From assembly GCA_021784815.1 (NCBI GenBank), contig JAJYHK010000011.1, positions 10,954 to 74,953 of the forward strand: a DNA stretch of 64,000 nucleotides. Reading direction: 5' to 3'. Under the pieces are notes generated by a model. It made no database searches, was not told the origin of the DNA, and saw nothing but the letters and a program-made list of their open reading frames with translations. Position 1 is the first letter of the stretch, and every line of letters begins with the position of its first letter. The position numbers were made by a program, and so were the translations under genes. Positions 45,523 to 56,227 of the stretch are shown here, one piece after another. The stretch is from a bacterium (lineage in GTDB: Bacteria > Patescibacteriota > Minisyncoccia > Phycocordibacterales > Phycocordibacteraceae).

Positions 45523-47436
45523 GTGGACTATCTTGAGGGGCTTAATGATGAACAGCGGCAGGCGGTGCTCGCTACTGACGGGCCGGTTTCGGTGCTTGCA
45601 GGCGCCGGGAGCGGTAAAACGCGCGTGCTCACGATGCGCATCTACCACCTCATCCGCCTCGGAGTGCCCGGAAGCAAGATTCTCGCCGTTACTTTTACCA
45701 ACAAAGCCGCGCGAGAGATGCGCGAACGCGTCCGTGCGCTTTTGGGCGAGGGGGCGGAGCTCCCGTTCATTGCAACCTTCCACGGGCTTGGGCGCGAGCT
45801 GCTCGAGCGCTATGGTGCAGCTATCGGCGTTTCGCGCTTCTTTAGCGTGTACGATCGCGATGACTCCGAGCGGGTCATTGGGACGGCACTGAAGGCGCTC
45901 GATGTTTCAACGAAAGAGCTCTCGCCGCGCGCGGTGCTTTCACGCATTTCCCGCGCGAAGAGCGACGGACTTTCCGCGCAGGAATTTTATGAAAAGCTCG
46001 GCCGCTCGAGCTTCGGCGCGCGCATTGCCGCTGAAGCGTGGCTGCGCTATGAAAAAGCGCTTGCGGCTGAGAAAGCGCTCGATTTCGATGATCTTATCGC
46101 GAAGCCGATGCGCCTGCTCGAGGATTTCCCCGACGTGCGTGCCGCGGCGCAGGAGCGCTGGCGGTATATGCACATTGACGAGTACCAAGACACGAGTGCG
46201 CAGCAGGGACGGCTTGCGGGCATGCTCGCGGCGAAGCACGGTAACCTCTTCGTCGTCGGCGATATCGACCAGACCATCTACACCTGGCGCGGTGCTACCA
46301 TCGAGAACTTGCTTGCCTTTGACCGGACGTATCCGGAGGCGCAGACGATCGTCCTCGAACGCAACTACCGCTCCACCAAAAATCTCGTGGATGCCGCGAA
46401 TGCGGTCATCGAGAAAAACCGGAACCGCAAGGAGAAGCGCGCGACGACGGATAACGAAGCGGGGGAGCCGATCGTTATCCACCTCGCGAGCAATGCAGAA
46501 GACGAAGCGCGGTGGATTGCGCAGAAGATTCGCGCGTTTTTACGCGCCGGCATTCCGCCGGAAGAAATCGCCATTCTCTACCGCACCAACTTCCAGTCGC
46601 GGGCGCTCGAAGAGGGGCTCTTGTATGCGGGGGTGCCCTACAAGCTTCTCGGGACGCGCTTTTTTGACCGGAAGGAGGTGAAGGATGTGCTTGCCTGGAT
46701 CCGGCTCGCGATCGACCCGACGCGGGAAGCCGATAAGGTGCGCGCGGCCTCGGCGCCGCCGCGCGGCATCGGCAAGGTGACTCTGGCCAAACTTGCTGCG
46801 GGCGAGCGGGACAAGCTGCGCGACGGCGAGCGCGCCAAGGTCGAGACATTCGAGCGCGTCGTTAGCGAGCTCGCGGCATCGGCGGAGCAGATGGTGCCGA
46901 GCGAGTTCGTGAAGCTTGTCATCGAAAAGAGCGGCCTGCGCCGCGCGCTCGTCGAGGAGGGTACCGCTGAGGATCGTGAACGGTTCGAAAACATCGAGGA
47001 GCTCGCGAGCGTCGCGGCGCGCTACGACGGCATAAGCGGCAGAGAGGGTATAGCGCTCTTTTTAGCGGAGTCGGCGCTCGCCGGGGATCAGGACGAGCTC
47101 GACCGCACCGAACAAAAGAGCGTCGCGCTCATGACGGTGCATGCGGCGAAAGGACTGGAGTTCGCGGTAGTGTTCGTTGCTGGCATGGAAGGGGACCTCT
47201 TCCCGCACGGCGGCATGGGCGACAGCAACGACCGCGACGAGGAAGAGGAACGGCGGCTCTTCTACGTCGCCATGACCCGCGCTAAGGAGCGCCTCTTCCT
47301 GACGCTTGCGCGCACGCGCAAAATCTATGGCGTCGACAGCTACAACGAGCCGTCCGAGTTTTTGGCAGACCTCGACCGCTCGCTCACGGTCTATGATGAG
47401 AGTTATGGGTATGAAGAGGATGTCATCGAGATCTAA
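45523..47436 (+). CDS. uvrD: UvrD/PcrA-type ATP-dependent DNA helicase
   Basis: GAGSGKTRVLT Walker A, helicase motifs I-VI. GTG start. Confidence 0.9.
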   Translation: MDYLEGLNDEQRQAVLATDGPVSVLAGAGSGKTRVLTMRIYHLIRLGVPGSKILAVTFTNKAAREMRERVRALLGEGAELPFIATFHGLGRELLERYGAAIGVSRFFSVYDRDDSERVIGTALKALDVSTKELSPRAVLSRISRAKSDGLSAQEFYEKLGRSSFGARIAAEAWLRYEKALAAEKALDFDDLIAKPMRLLEDFPDVRAAAQERWRYMHIDEYQDTSAQQGRLAGMLAAKHGNLFVVGDIDQTIYTWRGATIENLLAFDRTYPEAQTIVLERNYRSTKNLVDAANAVIEKNRNRKEKRATTDNEAGEPIVIHLASNAEDEARWIAQKIRAFLRAGIPPEEIAILYRTNFQSRALEEGLLYAGVPYKLLGTRFFDRKEVKDVLAWIRLAIDPTREADKVRAASAPPRGIGKVTLAKLAAGERDKLRDGERAKVETFERVVSELAASAEQMVPSEFVKLVIEKSGLRRALVEEGTAEDRERFENIEELASVAARYDGISGREGIALFLAESALAGDQDELDRTEQKSVALMTVHAAKGLEFAVVFVAGMEGDLFPHGGMGDSNDRDEEEERRLFYVAMTRAKERLFLTLARTRKIYGVDSYNEPSEFLADLDRSLTVYDESYGYEEDVIEI

Positions 47437-48280
47437 GAGCTCGGAGCGTCCCGCGTTAGGGCGACGCTCGGGAGCGCTCCGTGGCAGGTCGAGTTTCACT
47501 CTTCCAGCTCGCCCTAACGCGGGACGCTCGGGAGTTTCCGCGAAGAAATCCCTTGGACAGAATTTCCTTAAGCACGATCAAACCGCCGAGCGTATCGCGC
47601 TTGCCGCGCCGCTCACGAGCGAGAGTGTGGTGCTCGAGGTTGGGCCGGGTACGGGCAAGCTCACCCGGGCGCTCCTTGCCCGGGCAAAAAAGGTCATTGC
47701 GGTCGAGACGGACGAGCGTATGATCCCTCTTCTCCGGGAAACCTTTCCGCAAGAGCTTGCGCACGGGCAACTCGAACTCCTCCACGCGGATATCCGCTCC
47801 TTTCCGCTTGAGACCCTTCCTAAGGGCTACCAGGTAGTCGCGAACATCCCCTACTACCTCACCGGAGAGCTCGTTCGACAGCTCCTCACGGCTCCAAACC
47901 AGCCATCCGCGCTCACTCTGCTGGTACAGAAGGAGGTAGCTGAACGCATTGCGCGAGCCAAGAAGGAGAGCCTGCTCTCGCTCTCGGTCAAGGCATTTGG
48001 TGAGCCGCTGTACGCTTTTACTGTGCAGCGGGGCGCGTTTTCGCCTGCGCCGAAGGTAGATTCCGCGGTGCTCGTCATACAGCGGATCTCGCGGGGCCGG
48101 TTTGCTTCTGAAGCAGAGGAAGCGCGCTTCTTCGCGCTCCTCCATGCAGGATTCGGCCACAAACGCAAACAGCTCGCGAAAAATCTTAAGGACGCGGGGT
48201 TCTCGCTGCACCGGCTTCCCGAAAAGATCCGTGCCGAAGACCTGTCGTTCGAGGACTGGCTCTCGCTCGCGCGCTCCTGA
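47420..48280 (+). CDS. rsmA: 16S rRNA (adenine1518/1519-N6)-dimethyltransferase RsmA/KsgA
   Basis: KKSLGQNFL, VLEVGPGTGKLT SAM motif, NIPY. Start uncertain: the first in-frame ATGs (47411/47420) overlap the uvrD 3' end and force translation through the inverted repeat. Confidence 0.8.
   Translation: MSSRSKSSERPALGRRSGALRGRSSFTLPARPNAGRSGVSAKKSLGQNFLKHDQTAERIALAAPLTSESVVLEVGPGTGKLTRALLARAKKVIAVETDERMIPLLRETFPQELAHGQLELLHADIRSFPLETLPKGYQVVANIPYYLTGELVRQLLTAPNQPSALTLLVQKEVAERIARAKKESLLSLSVKAFGEPLYAFTVQRGAFSPAPKVDSAVLVIQRISRGRFASEAEEARFFALLHAGFGHKRKQLAKNLKDAGFSLHRLPEKIRAEDLSFEDWLSLARS
47444..47529. repeat. 21-bp perfect inverted repeat (gagcgtcccgcgttagggcga ... tcgccctaacgcgggacgctc) with 44-nt loop
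   Basis: Lies between the uvrD stop and the conserved start of ksgA. Each arm is followed by cgctcgggag. Confidence 0.7.
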
Positions 48281-48355
48281 GCTGCGTGGACGGCTGCTTG
48301 TGCACAGCAGCCTGGGTAAACCAGGCGTGCGCTCCGGTATACTTGAGTGCATACC

Positions 48356-49417
48356 ATGGGGGTGATTGCACGAAATTGGCGCGTGCTTTTTGCATCGGCC
48401 TGCGCCGTCGCGCTTGTGGGCGGGTCTTACTGGTTGTCTCACAGCGTCGGGACGCCGCCGCAGGCGCATGCGTCCGAGGAGACAGCACTCTTGCGGCAGA
48501 TCGCCACGAAAGATTCAAATGGCGACGGGGTACCCGATTGGGAGAAGCAGCTCTACGGGATTCCGCTTAACGCGACAACGACCGACTACTTCCACCTCGG
48601 CATGACGGATGCGCAGGCGATTGCTAAAGGACTCATTGTACCGAAGGCGATCGCGAACCTGCCCGCGGCGACCTCAACCGGCTCCGCGTCGCACCCGCTC
48701 CTCGACTCCGCGCCTGCGCCTGCGCCCGGCACGCTCACCGATGCGTTCGCCAAGACGTTCTTTACGCTCTATCTCGCGGCGAAGCAGCAGAATGGCGGTG
48801 CGAACCTCACCCAGGCGCAAACACAAGCAGTCGCGCAGCAGGCCATGACCCAGTTTGCGTCCACCATTTCCACCGCTCCGGATTTCATTACTGCCTCCGA
48901 TCTCAAACACGCGACGAGTACTGGGCCTGACGCGCTGCGCGCCTACGCGGAAGCGGCGGGTGCCGTGTTTGCCGAGAACACCAGCTATGCCTCGACAAGC
49001 GAAATCGCCTACCTCAAGCAGGCGCTGCAAAATCCGGGGAATGATGCGGTCCCGCTTGCGTACATCGCCTCAATCGCGAAACTGTACCGCCAGGCCGCTG
49101 TCGGGCTTGCGGCGCTGTCGGTGCCGAGTTCGCTCGCGTCGCCCGATCTCTCGATTATTAATGCGCTTGCGCGGCTGAGCGGGATCTTGAATGACTTCAC
49201 GAAGATCGACAGCGATCCAATGGCGGCCATGCTGGCCATCCAACAGTACCCCACAGCCATACAGCAACTGGGTAATGGGCTCATTGGGATGAACCAGGTG
49301 TACGTAACCTCCGCAATTACATTCCCCTCGAATACTCCTGGGGCGCAGTTCGTGAACATCATCCCCGATATTGCGGCGAGCCAAGCGTCCGCGCCGCATT
49401 CCGCCCAAACGCCATGA
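48356..49417 (+). CDS. hypothetical secreted/membrane-anchored protein
   Basis: N-terminal TM/signal, Ala-rich. First gene of a four-gene plus-strand operon. Confidence 0.45.
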   Translation: MGVIARNWRVLFASACAVALVGGSYWLSHSVGTPPQAHASEETALLRQIATKDSNGDGVPDWEKQLYGIPLNATTTDYFHLGMTDAQAIAKGLIVPKAIANLPAATSTGSASHPLLDSAPAPAPGTLTDAFAKTFFTLYLAAKQQNGGANLTQAQTQAVAQQAMTQFASTISTAPDFITASDLKHATSTGPDALRAYAEAAGAVFAENTSYASTSEIAYLKQALQNPGNDAVPLAYIASIAKLYRQAAVGLAALSVPSSLASPDLSIINALARLSGILNDFTKIDSDPMAAMLAIQQYPTAIQQLGNGLIGMNQVYVTSAITFPSNTPGAQFVNIIPDIAASQASAPHSAQTP

Positions 49418-51081
49418 GATATAGCGCCCCACTCATTCGTCTCATTGCGCTCTCGCTTATCGCGGCGGTTCTCATGCCCTCGGTGTTCTTCATGGAAGCG
49501 CCAAAAGCGCATGCAATCATTCCGGTATTCGTCGACGGCACGGTTGCTTTGCCTTACAACGCGCAAACGGCTTCGGAAACTGCTTTTACTGCAGTCAAAT
49601 CCGCAATTGACGCGGTTGCCAACGTTGCTAACCAGGTGAACACTTACCTGCTGGTTCTCGATAAATGGGTTCTTGAGCCGCTTGCGTTCATCGAGAGCGG
49701 ACAATTGCTGCGTAGCATTACCGCCGGCGTCATTTTGTTTGTCGATGGGGTCGCTAATGCCACCGGCGTACCCCAATTTGTGCAAAGTCTGTCTTATAAT
49801 CTTCAGGCTATCGCGGACACCCAAGCATTTTCGTTCTTTTCCGAGTATGGCGCTTTGTCTAATTCGCCGTTTGCCTCCTCCATTGTGTATTCCTTGAATG
49901 AGCAGTACCTCCAAGATTCAAGCTTGGGAGGGTTCTTCGCGGCAAACCAGTGTACGCTCACGGGCATGAGCGGGTTTATGTACGGCAATTGGTCGCAGGG
50001 CGGCGCCGCCGCATGGTTTGCGCTCACGACTCAGCCGCAAAATAACCCCTATATGCTCTTCCTCTCCTCGCAAGCGCAACTTTCCGTCATGACGACGGGC
50101 TCGGTAAACGGCGAGCTCAACCAGCTCGCTTGGGGGCAGGGCATGCTCTCGTGGTGCGGCTCGGCGAATACGCTCGGCGGCGGCATAGCCAACCCGACGA
50201 CCGATACATGCACACAATCGGACGGCACGCCTGGAGTCATTAAGACGCCGGGTTCGGTGATTGCGGATGGGCTCCAACAGGCGCTCGGCACGACCATCGA
50301 TAAGCTCGTCCAAATGGGCCAGGTGGGCCCCGAAATCAACACCATTCTGGGGACGGTCATGAACGCTATGGAAACACTCTCCTTCGGGCAGCAGCTTCTG
50401 GGTGGCAGTAATTCGGGCGGTCTTGCCGGTCTTGCGTATGGCGGCAGCGGCTCCTTGCTCAATCAGTACCAAAATCAATCGGGCTACCTCGGCGTGACCA
50501 ACAACTCCGTACTGCAAAACAGCGCTACTGCTGGCGTGGGGTCTGGACTGGCTTCCCGCATTTCGGGGTACCAGACGGCCTGGAATTCCATTGCTGCAGC
50601 CACGAATAATGCCTCCACGAGCGTTGCTAAGCTTATTACCGCCTGCTCGGTAACAACAATCAATGGGATGGCGATGCCGTCGAGCGCGCATACGACGCTC
50701 ACCGAAGCACAGAGCGCTATGGCGACCGAGATAGCTCCTGTGGCGAGACAAATCGATCAGGCGAGCACGACGATCGCGAATGCACAGCAGTTTGAAGCGC
50801 AGATCCAGGCAGATAGCGCGGCGGGGAATACCAGTGCGTACACGGCGGACCTCGCCGCTTCACAGACGACTGCCCCAACGACGAGCGACGTGGCAAATGC
50901 ACAGCAGCAGGCGACATCCTTCGGCACTGCTCAGGCAAACGCCTCGAATCCGCTCAGTGTGACCGCGTCGTCGTTTCTTGACCAGATGAACCTTATCTCC
51001 TCGAATGCAGCCGGGCTCATAAACAGATGCACGCCAGTTTCGAGCGCAAGTGTGAGCTCGTACTATGGCCGCGGCAGTTAG
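49414..51081 (+). CDS. hypothetical secreted protein (555 aa, signal peptide, Gly/Ser/Asn/Gln-rich)
   Basis: ATGA overlap with the upstream gene. Signal peptide MRYSAPLIRLIALSLIAAVLMPSVFF...AHA. Confidence 0.45.
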   Translation: MRYSAPLIRLIALSLIAAVLMPSVFFMEAPKAHAIIPVFVDGTVALPYNAQTASETAFTAVKSAIDAVANVANQVNTYLLVLDKWVLEPLAFIESGQLLRSITAGVILFVDGVANATGVPQFVQSLSYNLQAIADTQAFSFFSEYGALSNSPFASSIVYSLNEQYLQDSSLGGFFAANQCTLTGMSGFMYGNWSQGGAAAWFALTTQPQNNPYMLFLSSQAQLSVMTTGSVNGELNQLAWGQGMLSWCGSANTLGGGIANPTTDTCTQSDGTPGVIKTPGSVIADGLQQALGTTIDKLVQMGQVGPEINTILGTVMNAMETLSFGQQLLGGSNSGGLAGLAYGGSGSLLNQYQNQSGYLGVTNNSVLQNSATAGVGSGLASRISGYQTAWNSIAAATNNASTSVAKLITACSVTTINGMAMPSSAHTTLTEAQSAMATEIAPVARQIDQASTTIANAQQFEAQIQADSAAGNTSAYTADLAASQTTAPTTSDVANAQQQATSFGTAQANASNPLSVTASSFLDQMNLISSNAAGLINRCTPVSSASVSSYYGRGS

Positions 51082-51087
51082 CGAAAT

Positions 51088-53550
51088 ATGAAGCGCTTCC
51101 TCGTGATCCTCGGCATCGGCCTCTCACTCTCGGTAGCGGGGGCTGTGCTCACCTCTCACCCGCGACAGGCCCTCGCAGCAAATCCGGGAAGTAGCTCTGA
51201 CCCCGCCCCCTCGTCATCTTCACAACCGACCAATACTCAGGCTGCTGCCCAGGCTGCGGCGGCACAGAAAGCAACGCCGTCGGGGTTGGCACAGGCCCAT
51301 GCATGCAGTGTGACCGACATAAGCTGTGACTTCGGCTGGATCATGACCGAAATCGCGAGCCTCTTCGCTTGGTTTCTCGGCGTCGCGATGCTCGTACTCG
51401 ACACGGCGGTGTATTACACGGTCGTGAAGATGGGGGACATTTTAGGACAGGCGAACGGCATTACGGCGATACCGCTCATTTGGCGCATTATGCGCGACCT
51501 CGGCAACGTGGCGCTCCTCTTTGGGTTCATTGCGATCGGGCTTGAGACCGTGCTCGGGATCGATTTTTATGGCGGCGGCACGAAGCTCCTGCCTACGCTC
51601 ATCATTGTGGCGGTTCTCCTGAACTTTTCGCTTTTTTTTGCGAGCGCAATCGTCGACGCGAGTAATCTCTTTGCGACCGAATTCTATACGCAGATCAATG
51701 ACGGAAACATTCCGGCGCCCCCGCAATGGAATAACTTTTCAGCAGCCGTGGGGGAGGAGGGCGTCTCAAATGCGATTATGAGTCAGCTTGGTCTGCAAAC
51801 GCTCTACACGGGCGCCCTCGACTACGGCACGACGGCAAGCTCGAAAGTCATGACTCTCTTTACAGGGGCGGACATGATGTACATCGGCTTCCTAAGCATT
51901 TTTCTCTTCATCGTCGCCTCGTTTGTCATGCTCGCGCTTGCGTTTACGCTCGTGGCGCGGTTCGTCGTTCTCATTGTTTTGCTCGTCGTCTCGCCCATCG
52001 GTGTGGCTGCATATGCAGTTCCGCAACTTAAGGCGCGAGGGAAGCAATGGTGGGACATGCTCATCGCGCAATCCATAACCGCCCCGGTACTCCTTCTACT
52101 TCTTTATGTGGCGCTCCGGGTGATCACGGACGCGCATTTTATTACGAGCTTCATGTCCCCAGGGAGCGGGGGTGTAGCAGCGCAGACCGCAACAACCGTC
52201 TGGACGGGTGCGATTAATGGTGGGAATCTCGAGGGATTTGGCGGTATGTTGCTCTCCTTTATCGTCGCCATGGGCCTACTCTTTGCGGTCGTCCAGGCCT
52301 CTAAGTCTATGTCGGCCTGGGGCGCAGGCGCAGCGACGAAACTCGCTGGTATGGCCTCCTTCGGTGCCATCTCGCTCGGTATGCGCAGCACGGTCGGGTA
52401 TGCCGGCACGCGGCTGAATACTAAGCGCATGCAGGCACGCGCTGCAGGGACTGGATTTGGGGCTGGGGTCGCACGTACTGGCGTGCTGATGGGTAAATAC
52501 CTCGGTACGAGCACCTTCGATATACGTAACGCGCCGGGGTCGAAAATGGTTCAAAAGGAGTTCGGCATCGATGCGGGCAAGGGCGCCACGCTTACCGCGC
52601 AAAAGGTAGTGGACAACAAGGTGGGCAAGCCTTGGAATGTGGTCACAGGCTGGAAGCCAATGCAGGAAGCCAGCAAGAAGAGAATGGAGGAATACCGTTC
52701 TGCCAAACGTGACATCGACTTTGCCGACGCACAGTCAGCCATTGAGCAGGCGAAAGAAAAGCTGAAAGCAGGTGTTATTTCGCAAGCGGAATTCGACCGA
52801 GAGACCGTGACGCCAACGAAGATCATTACAGAGGGGCTCGCAAAAATGAGCACAAAACAGCTTGAAGAACTTGGAAGTATTAAGAAGGGGGTCTCTTCTC
52901 TTGTGGAGAACTTGTCTCCGCAAAAATTCGATGCGCTCATGAAGAGCGACAAGCTGACAGAGGAAGAACGCGAGAAGCTCCGCAGCGTCCGATTCGCTAA
53001 AGTTAACGAACTGGTCGAAAAAGCAAATAGGACTGGCGATCGAGCAGATGTCGCAGCTGCACAGAAAGAGATTACGAAACTGAATCAGAAGGAGATTGTT
53101 CACGCACCAAACGAGTTTCTTACGACTCAGATGGTTGCACAGGGTCTTACGAACGATCAGTATGATGCCGTTGCCAAGGATGGTGGGCTCCCTTCTCTTG
53201 AGAGAGCAAAAATCGATGAATATCGAAAGAATCGCTATGACGCGGCTGCTGCGGGTAGCACTGCGAAGTCGGTTGCCGAATCCATTCGGGCGCTCAATTG
53301 GAATCGTGATGCGATCACAAAGCTACCAGCTGGTACCCTTACAAATCACGCTGTTCTTGATGAGCTCGGCCCTGACGCTCTGAATCTCATTGATGTTGCG
53401 CGTCGAGGGAATCTTTCTCCTGTGGACCGCCAGAAACTGGGCGAGTACCTTGAAGATGTCGCTAAAAACGCAGCCGATGCCCGCCAGGCAGTCTTTGCGG
53501 CATACGTTAACACCGATACACGGGTTAAGCGCGATTTGCTCATATCATAG
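51088..53550 (+). CDS. large polytopic membrane protein, VirB6/TrbL-like (inference), with charged coiled-coil C-terminal tail
   Basis: Signal peptide, Ser/Ala-rich linker, six or more TM helices, about 330-aa hydrophilic C-terminus. Confidence 0.4.
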   Translation: MKRFLVILGIGLSLSVAGAVLTSHPRQALAANPGSSSDPAPSSSSQPTNTQAAAQAAAAQKATPSGLAQAHACSVTDISCDFGWIMTEIASLFAWFLGVAMLVLDTAVYYTVVKMGDILGQANGITAIPLIWRIMRDLGNVALLFGFIAIGLETVLGIDFYGGGTKLLPTLIIVAVLLNFSLFFASAIVDASNLFATEFYTQINDGNIPAPPQWNNFSAAVGEEGVSNAIMSQLGLQTLYTGALDYGTTASSKVMTLFTGADMMYIGFLSIFLFIVASFVMLALAFTLVARFVVLIVLLVVSPIGVAAYAVPQLKARGKQWWDMLIAQSITAPVLLLLLYVALRVITDAHFITSFMSPGSGGVAAQTATTVWTGAINGGNLEGFGGMLLSFIVAMGLLFAVVQASKSMSAWGAGAATKLAGMASFGAISLGMRSTVGYAGTRLNTKRMQARAAGTGFGAGVARTGVLMGKYLGTSTFDIRNAPGSKMVQKEFGIDAGKGATLTAQKVVDNKVGKPWNVVTGWKPMQEASKKRMEEYRSAKRDIDFADAQSAIEQAKEKLKAGVISQAEFDRETVTPTKIITEGLAKMSTKQLEELGSIKKGVSSLVENLSPQKFDALMKSDKLTEEEREKLRSVRFAKVNELVEKANRTGDRADVAAAQKEITKLNQKEIVHAPNEFLTTQMVAQGLTNDQYDAVAKDGGLPSLERAKIDEYRKNRYDAAAAGSTAKSVAESIRALNWNRDAITKLPAGTLTNHAVLDELGPDALNLIDVARRGNLSPVDRQKLGEYLEDVAKNAADARQAVFAAYVNTDTRVKRDLLIS

Positions 53551-53568
53551 ATAATAAAAACTATTCCT

Positions 53569-54597
53569 ATGCGCCAGTATTCTGACCAAGAGGTCGAGAG
53601 TCTTGTACAGCAGTTGCCCCAACCGATTCAAGATAGTTTGACAGGACCAGATATGGCAATGAAAGTTGCTAATATCGGTTCTCGAGCAGGTCTCCACATC
53701 GACCAAATTGGCCTTCTGGCGCAGCTTAATCGCAACCTGCTGCTCGGTTTGGTACGGCCGCCTGAATTCTTGCAAGGACTACTCGAGACTGGTATTTCGC
53801 GGGAGAATGCAAATAAGGTCATTGCAGAAATAAACGAGAAGATATTTACACCGCTTCATGATGAGGTCATGGGGGCGACAAAGCGCGAACGTGAGCCAAA
53901 TACCGTTGCGCCAGCGGTTGCGGTGCCGCACTACGAAGCGACGCCCTTGCCGCCCCGGGGAATGCAGGATCAAGCGGCGCCTGCGATGCCCTTTGCGGCG
54001 CCCCAACCCGCGCCATCGGCGCCCTTGCCGCCACGGAGCGTTATGCCTGGAGCTGCCCCTACGACTCCGGCGTATGTGCCGCAAAAACTCATTCAGCTCG
54101 AGCAGATGCAAGTCCGGCGGCCTCAGGCGGCTTCCGTTCCAGCATCCATAAGCGCCTCCCCACAAACGCCGCAAACGCCGCAAATACCGCCGCCGGAATT
54201 TACTTCCTTATATACCGCCCCACAACCGATTGAGCACGTTCGGCAAGCTGAGCCGCCGGCGCCTCCGCCTAACTTGCCCGGCATCTATGGGTCTGTTCTG
54301 GTTTTTGCGCAGACCCCTCACGCCGACCCAACGCCCGCACCAGCGCCGTATGCGCCGCCTGTGCTTGAGGAGCAGTATCCGGGTGCTGCAGCGGAGCAGT
54401 CTGTTGTCCCGGTACTCCCGTCGTATATGCCGCAGCGCGCGCCAGCCAAAATGAGCGCCGCCACGCAGCGGGCTCCACTCGCGGTAACGCCGAGCGCACC
54501 CGTTCAGTCGGAGGCACTGCCGCTCACCGTGCCGCAGCCCGCGTCACCGTCTCCTTCGAACGACAGCACCGACCCATACCGCGAACCGATCGGGTAG
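53569..54597 (+). CDS. proline-rich hypothetical protein
   Basis: [12 protein letters not shown] and PAPAPY repeats. N-terminal globular domain. Confidence 0.45.
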   Translation: MRQYSDQEVESLVQQLPQPIQDSLTGPDMAMKVANIGSRAGLHIDQIGLLAQLNRNLLLGLVRPPEFLQGLLETGISRENANKVIAEINEKIFTPLHDEVMGATKREREPNTVAPAVAVPHYEATPLPPRGMQDQAAPAMPFAAPQPAPSAPLPPRSVMPGAAPTTPAYVPQKLIQLEQMQVRRPQAASVPASISASPQTPQTPQIPPPEFTSLYTAPQPIEHVRQAEPPAPPPNLPGIYGSVLVFAQTPHADPTPAPAPYAPPVLEEQYPGAAAEQSVVPVLPSYMPQRAPAKMSAATQRAPLAVTPSAPVQSEALPLTVPQPASPSPSNDSTDPYREPIG

Positions 54598-54668
54598 TAC
54601 CTTGCCTTGCAATCCGCTTGTGGTTCCCGTATAGTGGCGCTATCCGCTCTTGCGGGTCTCATTTTCTC

Positions 54669-55079
54669 ATGGCCACTATCAATCAGCTCACCAACAAGCG
54701 CCGGCGCGACAAGATTCGCAAGACGAAAGTACTTGCGCTCACGCGCGGTTTCAACGCGCTCGAGAACCGGCCGACGTACTACGCTTCGCCGTTTAAGCGC
54801 GGCGTCTGCACCAAGGTGACCACGAAAACCCCTCGCAAACCGAACTCGGCAATCCGCAAGATTGCCCGCGTGCGCCTCACGAACGGCTATGAGGTAACTG
54901 CTTACATCCCGGGCGAGGGCCACAACCTCCAGGAACACTCGGTGGTGCTTTTGCGCGGTGGTCGCGTGAAGGACATCGGCGTCCAATATACGATCGTCCG
55001 CGGCAAGCTCGACACCGCTGGGATCGAGAAGCGCCGTCGCGGCCGCTCGCGCTATGGGGCTAAGAAGCCTAAGGCCTAG
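54669..55079 (+). CDS. rpsL: 30S ribosomal protein S12 (extended variant)
   Basis: MATINQL...[60 protein letters not shown]. Confidence 0.9.
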   Translation: MATINQLTNKRRRDKIRKTKVLALTRGFNALENRPTYYASPFKRGVCTKVTTKTPRKPNSAIRKIARVRLTNGYEVTAYIPGEGHNLQEHSVVLLRGGRVKDIGVQYTIVRGKLDTAGIEKRRRGRSRYGAKKPKA

Positions 55080-55081
55080 CT

Positions 55082-55543
55082 ATGCGCCGCCCCCTTAAGC
55101 ACAAACGCGTTTGGCGTCCAGACACCCGCTACCAATCGGAGGCCGTGACCCGATTCATTAACGCGGTTATGTGGGACGGAAAGAAGGATACGGCTCGCAA
55201 GATCGTCTACACGGCGTTCGACAAGATCAAAGAGGAGCACGACCCGCTTGAGACGTTTGAGTCGGCTATCCGCAACGTCTCGCCGCTCATGGAGGTGCGC
55301 TCTCGACGCGTCGGTGGGGCCAACTATCAAGTGCCCCGCGAGGTGCCGCAAAAACGCCGCCTCGCCCTCGCGTATCGGTGGATCATCACGAGCGCTCGTT
55401 CGAAGAAGGGCCGCCCGGTGGCTGAGAAGCTCGCCGAAGAGATTCTCCTCGCAAGCAAGAACGAGGGCGATGCGATCAAAAAGAAAGACGAAATGCATCG
55501 CATGGCCGAAGCCAACAAAGCATTCGCCCACTTCGCCTGGTAG
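55082..55543 (+). CDS. rpsG: 30S ribosomal protein S7
   Basis: [27 protein letters not shown]...NYQVPREV...[11 protein letters not shown]. Confidence 0.9.
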   Translation: MRRPLKHKRVWRPDTRYQSEAVTRFINAVMWDGKKDTARKIVYTAFDKIKEEHDPLETFESAIRNVSPLMEVRSRRVGGANYQVPREVPQKRRLALAYRWIITSARSKKGRPVAEKLAEEILLASKNEGDAIKKKDEMHRMAEANKAFAHFAW

Positions 55544-55768
55544 GAACCCAGAAGTAAACGGCAAAAAACGCTCGGAATACGGGTGTTTTTTCGCCGTTTG
55601 CGCTGCCCGCGCATGCCGCGATTCATGCAGTATGCTTGACAAAAAAACAAGGGCAGGTTAGTTGTGTAGTTGTTGCTCCGTGAGGGGGCACATGTCCTTT
55701 GTGCTCGCTAACGAAAGTAACTCCAGTCCCGCGGAATCCTCCACGGGATATCACAAGGAAGACACGCA

Positions 55769-56134
55769 ATGAGAAACTTGCTCGGAGCCGCTGCGCTCCT
55801 TGCGATCAGTCTGGCCATCACCCCGCCGCCCGCCGCCGCGGGCACGCTCGGCACGCTCTCCTCGAGCTCGCAGGCGTCCGCCAATGGCGGCACCGGCGGG
55901 TTCATGACGCCGTTCGGCTCCTGGTTCGGGCCCGGCAGCGCCGTGACCGGCGACCAGGCGTACGGAAGCGCCACGCTCCTCATGGGGCGTGGCGGCGTGA
56001 GCACCACGACCACCACGGGTACCCAGGGATACGGGTACTCCGGCCTGACCGGCTTCACCACGTTTGGCGGCATGGGCAATGCCAATGCCAATGCCAATGT
56101 GGTGCGCGGGTTCTTCGGATTCCCGCCCTTCTGA
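55769..56134 (+). CDS. small secreted Gly/Thr-rich protein (high-GC island)
   Basis: Signal peptide MRNLLGAAALLAISLAITPPPAAA, NANANA repeat. About 68-70% GC with strong GC3 bias against a host background of about 58-60%. Confidence 0.5.
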   Translation: MRNLLGAAALLAISLAITPPPAAAGTLGTLSSSSQASANGGTGGFMTPFGSWFGPGSAVTGDQAYGSATLLMGRGGVSTTTTTGTQGYGYSGLTGFTTFGGMGNANANANVVRGFFGFPPF

Positions 56135-56227
56135 TCCGCACCGGACTACGTCGACATGGGAGGCGCATCTTCGGATGCGCCTCCTTGCTCGTGTCGGCTC
56201 CCTCGGCAATACCAGGAAGGAACTCAA

